From an uncultured Caulobacterales bacterium (GTDB taxonomy: Bacteria; Pseudomonadota; Alphaproteobacteria; Caulobacterales; Maricaulaceae), in contig CAZKBB010000005.1 in the NCBI GenBank assembly GCA_964550935.1, positions 1,705-65,704 of the forward strand: 64,000 nt of DNA. The letters are read 5' to 3'. Each line of letters starts with the position of its first letter. Position 1 is the stretch's first letter. Positions 56,871-64,000 of the stretch are shown piece by piece. The notes below the pieces were generated by a model. That model was not told where the DNA came from. It saw only the letters and a program-made list of their open reading frames with translations, and searched no databases. A program made the position numbers and the translations under genes.

Positions 56871-58706
56871 ATGAGCGAACATATCCAGCAATTCGAGCCC
56901 TGGGGCGGCCCCGCCTTCGGGCGCGAGAACCTGCCGAAGCTGCGCGAGGCGCTCGCCGCGGCCGGCCTCGACGGCGTGCTCATCCCCCATGAGGACGAGT
57001 ACGACAACGAATACCTGCCCGCCTACACGCAGCGCTTGGCCTGGGCGACCGGCTTCACCGGCTCGGCCGGCGCGGCGATCGTGATGCGCGACCGCGCCGC
57101 GGTGTTCGTCGACGGGCGCTACACCATACAAGTGCGCGCCCAGGTCGACCCCGAGCTGTTCGCCTTCGAGGACATCGCCGAAACCGGCCTTGGCGGCTGG
57201 ATCCGGCGCGAAGGCCGCAAGGGCGAGCGCATCGGCTATGACCCGCGCCTGCACGCGCCCGATCGTCTGGCCGCCATCGAGCAAGCTGCGGCGAAAGCCG
57301 GCGTCGAACTCGTCGCGGTGGAGCCCCACCCGATCGATGAGGCCTGGACCGACCGGCCGGCCCCGCCGAGCGCCCCGGTCACGCCGCACCCGATCGCGTT
57401 CGCCGGCGAAAGCCACGCCGACAAGCGCGCGCGCGTCGGCGCGGCGATCGAGGACTCCGGCGCTCACGCCGCGGCGATCACCGCGCCGGCCTCCATCGCC
57501 TGGCTGTTCAACATCCGCGGCGGCGACGTGCAGTGCTCGCCCTTGCCGCTGTCCAGCGCGATCCTCAACGCGGACGGCGCCGCCACCTTGTTCATCGAGG
57601 AGTCCAAGCTCGACCCGGAGACCCGCGAGCATCTTGGAAACGCGGTCGAGATCCGCCCCGAGGCCGAGTTCGGCCCGGCGCTGGAGGCGCTCTCGGACAA
57701 AACCGTCATCGCCGATCCCGCCAGCGCCTCGGTCTGGGTGTTCCAGCGCCTGGAGGCCGCCGGCGCACGCGTGAAGCGTCAGGCCGACCCGGTCGCCCTG
57801 CCCAAGGCGTGTAAGAACGCCGCCGAGGTGGAGGGCGCGCGCCAGGCCCATATCCGCGACGGCGCGGCGATCGTGCGCTTCCTGCACTGGTTGGACACCG
57901 AAGCCCAGTCCGGCGAAGTCGACGAGATCCAGGCCGCGGTGCGGCTGGAGGATCTGCGCCGGACAAACCACGAGTTCCGCGATCTCTCCTTCGAGACGAT
58001 CTCCGGCGCAGGCCCCAACGGCGCCCTGCCCCACTACCGGGTCAACACCGATACGGTGCGCAAGCTGGAGCGCGGCTCGCTCTATCTGGTGGACTCAGGC
58101 GGGCAGTATCCCGACGGCACGACCGACATCACACGCACCGTCCCGATCGGCGAGCCGACGGCCGAGATGCGCCGGCACTTCACCCTGGTCCTGAAGGGCC
58201 ATATCGCGCTCTCGCGCATCCGCTTTCCCAAGAGCGTCTCCGGCGCCCAGCTCGACGCGCTGGCGCGCCAGCCGCTGTGGATGGCCGGGCTCGACTACGA
58301 CCACGGCACCGGCCACGGCGTGGGCAGCTATCTCGGCGTGCACGAAGGCCCCCAGCGCATCGGCAAGATGGCCGGTGGGGTGGCGCTGGAGCCGGGCATG
58401 ATCGTCTCCAACGAGCCGGGCTACTACAAGGACGGCGCCTACGGCATCCGCATCGAGAACCTGCAGGTGGTCACCGCGCCTGAACCCATCGACGGGGGCG
58501 AGCGCGAGATGCTGGGCTTTGAGACCCTGACCCTGGCGCCAATCCATCGCGGCCTGATCGACACCGGGCGCTTGGACGCCGGCGAGCTGGCCTGGCTCGA
58601 CGCCTATCACGCCGATGTGCGCAGCCGCATCCTGCCGCTGGTGGACGGCGAAACGGCCAATTGGCTGATCAAGGCCTGCGAACCGCTTTACGGCGCGACG
58701 CCTTAG
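56871..58706 (+). CDS. Aminopeptidase P-family (M24B) Xaa-Pro peptidase
   Basis: 611 aa with DSGGQY, HGTGHGVG, SNEPGYY and IRIEN metal-ligand motifs. Confidence 0.9.
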   Translation: MSEHIQQFEPWGGPAFGRENLPKLREALAAAGLDGVLIPHEDEYDNEYLPAYTQRLAWATGFTGSAGAAIVMRDRAAVFVDGRYTIQVRAQVDPELFAFEDIAETGLGGWIRREGRKGERIGYDPRLHAPDRLAAIEQAAAKAGVELVAVEPHPIDEAWTDRPAPPSAPVTPHPIAFAGESHADKRARVGAAIEDSGAHAAAITAPASIAWLFNIRGGDVQCSPLPLSSAILNADGAATLFIEESKLDPETREHLGNAVEIRPEAEFGPALEALSDKTVIADPASASVWVFQRLEAAGARVKRQADPVALPKACKNAAEVEGARQAHIRDGAAIVRFLHWLDTEAQSGEVDEIQAAVRLEDLRRTNHEFRDLSFETISGAGPNGALPHYRVNTDTVRKLERGSLYLVDSGGQYPDGTTDITRTVPIGEPTAEMRRHFTLVLKGHIALSRIRFPKSVSGAQLDALARQPLWMAGLDYDHGTGHGVGSYLGVHEGPQRIGKMAGGVALEPGMIVSNEPGYYKDGAYGIRIENLQVVTAPEPIDGGEREMLGFETLTLAPIHRGLIDTGRLDAGELAWLDAYHADVRSRILPLVDGETANWLIKACEPLYGATP

Positions 58707-58721
58707 GCGCCCTTACGCCCA

Positions 58722-58811
58722 GAGGTCCCGGATCGCGGCTTCGCCGCGTCCGGGAGTTCAGGCTTTTCAGAATGAATTCCCGGGCGAAGCGAAGCGAAGA
58801 CCTGGGACCTC
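58722..58811. repeat. Nested palindromic intergenic element of about 90 bp (family 1, copy A)
   Basis: gaggtcccgg...ccgggagttca...tgaattcccggg...cctgggacctc. It lies between convergent genes, and a second copy is at 61491-61574. Confidence 0.8.
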
Positions 58812-58818
58812 AATGCGA

Positions 58819-59757
58819 TTAAGCGCCCAACACCTGGCGCGCTTTCGCGCTGTCTTTGGCGATCTGGGCTTTGAGCGCATCCAGGCCGTCGAACTTCGTC
58901 TCCGGGCGGATAAAGGCCTCCAGCGCCACCTCGACCGTTTCGCCGTAGAGATCGGCGGCGAAGTCGAACAGGTGCGCTTCAAGGCGCGCGTCGAGGCCGG
59001 CCACGGTCGGGCGCCGTCCAATATTCGCCACCCCTGGAACCGTGCGCCCGTCGGCCAGGCGCGCGCGCACCGCGTAGACGCCGAATTTCGGGCGCACATA
59101 GTCGCCGAGCGCGACGTTCGCGGTGGGAAAGCCGATCGTGCGCCCGCGCTGGTCGCCCTTGGCGACGACGCCCTCGATCGCGAAGGGCCGGCCGAGGAGA
59201 TCGCGCGCCCGCTCCGGCGCGCCGGCCTGGATCGCTTCGCGGATCTGAGTGGAGGAGATCTTGCCGCCCTCGCCGGCGACCTCCTCGGCCGCGCGCGCCT
59301 CGAACCCGAACGCGCCGCCGAGGCGGGCGAGATCGTCCGCGCCGCCCGCGCGATCCTTGCCGAAGCGGAAATCGCCCCCCGTCACCACGCCGTCGAGCTT
59401 CAAACCCTGCGCCAGCACGTCGCGCGTGAAGGCCTCAGGGCTCATCGCGGCGGTCTCGGGGCCGAACGGGATCAGGTGAACGCGCGCCGCGCCGGCTTGG
59501 GCTAGCGCACGCGCGCGCTGCGCATCGCTGTGCAGTCGGAAGGGCGGAGAGTCAGGGGCGAAATAGCGTCTGGGGTGAGGTTTGAAACAAGCCGCCACCA
59601 GGGGGGCGCCGATCTTCGCGGCGAGCGCAGCGGCGGTGTTCAGAACGGCCAGATGGCCGCGATGCACGCCGTCGAAATTGCCCAGCGCCGCGACCCCGCC
59701 CGTGGCGGTCTCGGCCAGCGCGGCGTACCCTTCTATGACCTCGACGGTGCGTGCCAT
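58819..59757 (-). CDS. ribF: Bifunctional riboflavin kinase / FAD synthetase
   Basis: ALGNFDGVHRGH...GFPTAN...RPE.KF. Confidence 0.92.
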   Translation of the reverse strand: MARTVEVIEGYAALAETATGGVAALGNFDGVHRGHLAVLNTAAALAAKIGAPLVAACFKPHPRRYFAPDSPPFRLHSDAQRARALAQAGAARVHLIPFGPETAAMSPEAFTRDVLAQGLKLDGVVTGGDFRFGKDRAGGADDLARLGGAFGFEARAAEEVAGEGGKISSTQIREAIQAGAPERARDLLGRPFAIEGVVAKGDQRGRTIGFPTANVALGDYVRPKFGVYAVRARLADGRTVPGVANIGRRPTVAGLDARLEAHLFDFAADLYGETVEVALEAFIRPETKFDGLDALKAQIAKDSAKARQVLGA

Positions 59758-59771
59758 TCAGCGCGGCCGGA

Positions 59772-60215
59772 TCACGCGGCGCGCGAGCGGCGCTTGCGAA
59801 CCATGACCTCGGCGTCGGCCTCCATCACCGTCTCGCCCTCCACCGAGCAGGTGCACACGAGCTTGACGCGGCGCGCCTTGACGTCGACCTCGGCCACCTC
59901 GGCGCGCGCGATCACCGTGTCGCCGATGCGCACCGGGCGCTCAAAGCGCATGGTCATCGCCTGGAACACCGCGCCGGGGCCCGGCAGGTGGTTCCCGAGC
60001 ACGCAGGAGATGAAGGAGGCCACCAGGGCGCCGTGCGCGATGCGCCCGCGAAACGCGGTCTTGGCGGCGTACGCCTCGTCCATGTGCAGCGGATTGAAGT
60101 CGCCGGAGACCTCGGCGAATTTGCGCACCGCGGCGTCGTCGACGAGGCGCGTGATCTGCGCGCTCTGGCCCACACTCAACTCGTCCAGACCGAAGCCCTG
60201 GGTCTCCGCGCTCAT
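59772..60215 (-). CDS. MaoC-like (R)-specific enoyl-CoA hydratase
   Basis: FAEVSGDFNPLHMDEAYAAKTAFRGRIAHGALVASFIS. Confidence 0.85.
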   Translation of the reverse strand: MSAETQGFGLDELSVGQSAQITRLVDDAAVRKFAEVSGDFNPLHMDEAYAAKTAFRGRIAHGALVASFISCVLGNHLPGPGAVFQAMTMRFERPVRIGDTVIARAEVAEVDVKARRVKLVCTCSVEGETVMEADAEVMVRKRRSRAA

Positions 60216-60351
60216 CGTCCCGCAGCCTTCCGCATCACAGTATGCCCTGTGTTTAACCGAATTTTGACCGCGCGTGTCTAGCTTTGCTCAGGATGGAGGG
60301 ACGCGGCGCCGGCCGGGCCCTCATCGATTAGAAGAATGGATGGAGGCGGGG

Positions 60352-60738
60352 ATGGCTGTCGACACGTCGATGCCGGTTCTGATCGTAGACGACTACAAGA
60401 CGATGCTGCGGATCATCCGCAATCTGTTGAAGCAGATCGGCTTCGAGAACGTAGACGAGGCGTCGGACGGAGCCGAGGCCTTTGAGAAGATGAAGAAGCA
60501 AAAATACGGCTTGGTCATCTCCGACTGGAACATGGAGCCGATGACCGGCTACGAGCTTCTCAAGAAGGTGCGCGCCGACGAGCAGATCAAGGCCACGCCC
60601 TTCATCATGGTCACCGCGGAATCCAAGACCGAAAACGTCGTCGCGGCGAAGAAGGCGGGCGTGAACAACTACATCGTCAAGCCGTTCAACGCCGGCACGC
60701 TGAAGGCCAAGATGACCGCCGTCCTCGGCGACTTCTAA
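60352..60738 (+). CDS. cheY: Single-domain CheY-like response regulator
   Basis: SD GGAGG. PVLIVDDYKTMLRIIRNLL...ISDWNMEPMTG...MVTAE...YIVKPF. Confidence 0.88.
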   Translation: MAVDTSMPVLIVDDYKTMLRIIRNLLKQIGFENVDEASDGAEAFEKMKKQKYGLVISDWNMEPMTGYELLKKVRADEQIKATPFIMVTAESKTENVVAAKKAGVNNYIVKPFNAGTLKAKMTAVLGDF

Positions 60739-60796
60739 ACACGCTCGACGCCGCCGGCGCGCGCGGACGCGCCGCGATTCCAAGGGAGGGCCGGTC

Positions 60797-61474
60797 ATGG
60801 CCGCCGCTCAAGACATCGCAAAACGCTTCCGCGAGTCGCTCGCGGAGCTTAAGGCCTGCGACCTTCAAAAAGCCCAGGTGATGGACGTGCTGAACATGTC
60901 TCAGCAGCTGGCCGAGACGATGCAGATCTTCTTCTCCTCGCTCGACAAGTCGATCTACGGCGAGTTCAGCTACATCGCCAACTACATCGCGCGCACGCGC
61001 GACGAGATCTCCAAGCTGCGACCCAACGACATCAAGGAGCAGCGCATCCCGTCCGCGGGCAAGGAGCTTGAGGCGGTCGTCACCGACACCGAGAAGGCCA
61101 CCGAATCCATCATGGCCGAGGCCGAGGCGATCATGGCCGCCGACGCCTCAAACCTTGAGGGCTACAAGGCCGCGGTCGATGAGGCGATGATGCGGATCAT
61201 CGAATCCTGCTCCTTCCAGGACCTCGCCGGTCAGCGGCTGCAGAAGGTGGTCGCCTCGCTCTCCCACGTGGAGAAGCGCGTCACCCGATTCGCCCAGGCC
61301 ATGGGCGTGCACGACGCCGAGGCCGATGAAGACGAGGTCTGCGAGGAAGAGCGCCGCAAGGCCCTGCACCTGAACGGCCCCGCCCTCGGCGGACCGGAGC
61401 GCAAGCAGGACGAAGTCGACGAAATCCTCGAAAGCGATCTCGACCAGAACGCCATCGACGCCCTGTTCGACTAG
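60797..61474 (+). CDS. cheZ: CheZ-family protein phosphatase
   Basis: SD GGGAGGG. The active-site string SFQDLAGQ corresponds to E. coli FQDLTGQ (D143/Q147). The acidic C-terminal peptide is DQNAIDALFD. Confidence 0.78.
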   Translation: MAAAQDIAKRFRESLAELKACDLQKAQVMDVLNMSQQLAETMQIFFSSLDKSIYGEFSYIANYIARTRDEISKLRPNDIKEQRIPSAGKELEAVVTDTEKATESIMAEAEAIMAADASNLEGYKAAVDEAMMRIIESCSFQDLAGQRLQKVVASLSHVEKRVTRFAQAMGVHDAEADEDEVCEEERRKALHLNGPALGGPERKQDEVDEILESDLDQNAIDALFD

Positions 61475-61490
61475 GCGCCCTTTCGAGCCT

Positions 61491-61574
61491 GAGGTCCCGG
61501 CTCTCGCCTGCGGCTCGGCCGGGAATTCAGTTTGAAGAGCATGAATTCCCGGGCGCGCAGCGAACCGGGACCTC
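61491..61574. repeat. Nested palindromic intergenic element (family 1, copy B)
   Basis: gaggtcccgg...ccgggaattca...tgaattcccggg...ccgggacctc. It lies between convergent cheZ and the HAD hydrolase gene. Confidence 0.8.
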
Positions 61575-61595
61575 TTAACGCTTCGGCGAATCCGG

Positions 61596-62465
61596 TCACC
61601 ACTTAAGCACGCTCGCGGCATAGCGCGCATGCACGCTCCGGTCGGCGAGTTTGGTCTCCACCGCGCCCGCGTCGAGCCCGTTTTCGAAGTCCGCGCCCAG
61701 AATCCCGCCAGTGATGAAGAGCGCGTCGATGCCTTGCGCGTTCGCCCCGCCCACATCGGTCTCCGGCCCGTCGCCGACGGCGAGCAGGCGCTCGCGCACC
61801 CAGGCGACGCCGAGCGCTTCGAGCCTGGCTTTGGCGCTGTCATAGATGGCGTCGTGCGGCTTGCCGGCGTAGATCACGCTGCCGCCCAGCTCTTCATAGG
61901 CTTCAGCGAGCGCGCCGGCGCAGTAGAGCAGTCGGTCGCCGAACTGGACCACGCGGTCCGGGTTCGCGCACACCATCTCAAGCCCGCGCTCCACGGCCGT
62001 CGACAGCAGCGTCTCGTAATCCTCCGGCGTCTCGGTCTCCCAGTCGAAAAGACCGGTGTTGGAGATGAAGCGAGACTCCTCCAGCGGCGCGAAGTCCAGC
62101 CCCGCGCCCTCATAAATGCTGTCGTCCCAGTCCGGGCCGAGCTTGAAAGCCGGGCCAGGCGCGCGGGCCTTGAGCACCTCGTGCGTGGCCCCGCCCGAGG
62201 TGACCGCGTCGTCCCAGGCGTCGTCCGGCGCGCCCATCTCTGCGAGCTGATCCAGCAGCCCCGAGGGACGGCGCGGGGAGTTGGAGACCAGCACGACGCG
62301 GCCGCCGCGCGCGCGAAAGCGCTGCAGCGCCTCGATCGCATCAGGCAGCAGCGCGCGCCCGTCGCGGATCACCCCCCACACGTCGCACAGGATCGCGTCA
62401 TAGCGATCGGCGATGTCCTTGAGGCGGGCGGGGGTTTCGGGGCGGGTGTTCGGCTTGGTCATCAC
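61596..62465 (-). CDS. HAD-superfamily subfamily IIA hydrolase (TIGR01459-like)
   Basis: YDAILCDVWGV...LVSNSPR...VGDGPETD. Confidence 0.8.
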   Translation of the reverse strand: MMTKPNTRPETPARLKDIADRYDAILCDVWGVIRDGRALLPDAIEALQRFRARGGRVVLVSNSPRRPSGLLDQLAEMGAPDDAWDDAVTSGGATHEVLKARAPGPAFKLGPDWDDSIYEGAGLDFAPLEESRFISNTGLFDWETETPEDYETLLSTAVERGLEMVCANPDRVVQFGDRLLYCAGALAEAYEELGGSVIYAGKPHDAIYDSAKARLEALGVAWVRERLLAVGDGPETDVGGANAQGIDALFITGGILGADFENGLDAGAVETKLADRSVHARYAASVLKW

Positions 62466-62500
62466 CGGCTTGAACCAGCCGGCCCGCGGCCGGTCAAGCT

Positions 62501-63859
62501 CTACCCGGCCTGGCGCTGCGCGCCGTCGGCCTCGGCGATGACGTCCTCGCGCACCGGCCGCGGCGCGCCGAACAGATGGCCCTGGGCGTAGGCGATGTCG
62601 AGGTCGAGCACCTCGACCACCGTGGCCTCCGCCTCGATCTTCTCCGCAACGAGATCGACGCCGTAGCGCGCGAACACGCCCGCGACGTCTTCGGGCGCCA
62701 CCGCGCCGGGCTCGCGCCCTGCGATGGAGATCTCCCCGCGCGCCGCGGAGAGCAGAACCGCGCCCTCCACCTTGGCGAAGCGCACGCCCGCGCGCTGCAG
62801 CTCGGCCAGGTCGATGTCGAGATCGCGCACCTGGTCGATAGAGAAGCGGAAGCCGTAATCGGCGAGCCGCGCCATGTTTCGCGCGGCCACCGCCGAGCGT
62901 CCCTCGAAGGCGGCGTGGGGCAGCTCGAAGATCAGCGACCCGGCGAGGTCGGAATTGCGCCGCAGGAAATCGAGGAACTCGGGAAAGAAGGTCTCGTCCG
63001 CGAGCGATCGCATGGAGATGTTGCAGAAAATCCCGATGCGCCGGTCGGTCCGGGTCAGCCGGCGCACGATCTGGACGCAGCGGAACAGGAGAAGATTGTC
63101 CACGTCCGCGATGAGGCCGGCCGCTTCGGCCGCGGCGAGAAAGTCCGCCGGCGCGATGACCGCGCCGGACCGGTCACGCAGCCGCGTGAAGCCCTCGTAG
63201 AAATAGGTCCGCCGCTGGGGCAGTCCGACGACGGGCTGCAGGTAGAGGTCGACCCGGTTTTCATCGAGCGCTTCGCGAATGTCCGCGGCGGCCTTGGCGC
63301 CGGGCTCGATTTCGGGCTCTGGTTTGGGCTGGGGCGCGCCGGTCGCCTCGCCCGGCGGGGCGTCGGACGCCGCAGCCTTGGCGGCCTGTCGCGCGGCGCC
63401 CGCCGGCAAGCCGCCTGACGCCTCCAGCCGGGCGATCAGCGCTGCGATCAGGCGATCCTCCTCGCTGTCGGCAGCCTGGACGGCCTTCGTCGCCGGAGCG
63501 GGCGCTTCGGACGATGCGGCGGGCGAGTCGCCGGTGGGGGCGCCCTCGCCGCGGCCTGGAATATCGATGGCGCGCGCGCCGTCCGGATCGATCGCGTCGA
63601 GCCGGGCCTCGGCGTGCTCCAGGGCGCGCTTGAGCGAGCGGTTGGCTGCTTTCAGGCTCTTGATGTCGCGTGCGGTTTCGGCGCGCTCCTCGATGCGCGC
63701 AGCCGCGGCGTGGACCTGGCCGGCGATGAGGAACACCACCGCGCCCATGATCCAGGCGAGCTCCGAAGACATCAGGCCGAAGCGGTCGAACGCGATCGCC
63801 GCCGCGCCGGCCACGATCGCGTAGGCGAGGACCACCAGAATGTCCGTCGCGCGCGGCAT
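62501..63859 (-). CDS. Membrane-anchored coiled-coil protein with a C-terminal EAL domain (several catalytic positions substituted)
   Basis: Two N-terminal TM helices, a coiled coil, an Ala/Pro linker, then LYLQPVV...YEGFTRLR...FCNIS...IFELPH...SIDQVRD...AKVEG...VAEKIE...AQGHLFG. Confidence 0.8.
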   Translation of the reverse strand: MPRATDILVVLAYAIVAGAAAIAFDRFGLMSSELAWIMGAVVFLIAGQVHAAAARIEERAETARDIKSLKAANRSLKRALEHAEARLDAIDPDGARAIDIPGRGEGAPTGDSPAASSEAPAPATKAVQAADSEEDRLIAALIARLEASGGLPAGAARQAAKAAASDAPPGEATGAPQPKPEPEIEPGAKAAADIREALDENRVDLYLQPVVGLPQRRTYFYEGFTRLRDRSGAVIAPADFLAAAEAAGLIADVDNLLLFRCVQIVRRLTRTDRRIGIFCNISMRSLADETFFPEFLDFLRRNSDLAGSLIFELPHAAFEGRSAVAARNMARLADYGFRFSIDQVRDLDIDLAELQRAGVRFAKVEGAVLLSAARGEISIAGREPGAVAPEDVAGVFARYGVDLVAEKIEAEATVVEVLDLDIAYAQGHLFGAPRPVREDVIAEADGAQRQAG

Positions 63860-63961
63860 GCTCGCCTCGCCCCCCGGCTTAGAACGCCAAGCGCGCGCGG
63901 ACGCGAATCGTCCGAGCGCCTCGCACAGCTTAGGCTGCGTTAACCGATCTTGTCAGAGCGT

Positions 63962-64000
63962 AAACGAAAACGCCCGGCCCGCAGCACGCGGACCGGGCGT
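63962..64000 (-). terminator. Putative rho-independent terminator of a minus-strand gene lying beyond the right window edge
   Basis: ACGCCCGG...CCGGGCGT stem (63970-64000), followed on the minus strand by TTTTCGTTTA. Confidence 0.45.

Noticed and set aside
56508-58034. 508-aa ORF antisense to the aminopeptidase P gene
   Set aside because: The plus-strand frame carries clear M24 metal-ligand motifs. The antisense translation is low-complexity and Arg/Gly/Ala-rich.

Overview
This is a high-GC bacterial chromosome segment, roughly two-thirds G+C by eye and not computed. It is densely coding on both strands and looks alphaproteobacterial. The supporting marks are a circularly permuted two-piece tmRNA with tag ANDNYAEEVALAA, an alpha-type sspB, an hflK-hflC-DUF2065-degP block, a thyA-folA pair and an mreBCD-mrdA-rodA operon. 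Most of the window is core housekeeping: ggt, tyrosine catabolism genes hppD and maiA, an Mla-like ABC lipid-transport operon, ilvC-like, miaA, fumC, uvrD, prmA, ribF and peptidases. One tRNA-Lys(CTT) is present. I found no rRNA, CRISPR array, integrase or transposase. The most interesting item is a 7-TM microbial rhodopsin (43235..44101) with an Asn-Asp-Gln helix-C motif and a Schiff-base lysine, which marks it as a candidate light-driven Na+ pump. It sits with a convergent cytochrome P450 between ssrA and sspB, and no retinal-synthesis genes are in view. Other accessory or odd items: (1) a low-GC islet of about 0.6 kb encoding an orphan multi-TM protein that has replaced the 3' end of a small membrane-protein gene; (2) a frameshifted FGE-sulfatase-family gene; (3) a translationally coupled glycosyltransferase / methyltransferase / alpha-toroid operon with a convergent, 3'-overlapping methyltransferase gene; (4) a 720-aa 2-TM coiled-coil protein; (5) an orphan RusA-like resolvase gene; (6) an alternative oxidase; (7) mazEF; (8) a CheY-CheZ pair without other che genes; (9) a probably degenerate EAL protein; (10) two families of intergenic palindromic repeats. 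I cannot show that any of these is a truly undescribed system. All homology calls come from motif recognition and memory, not from searches.
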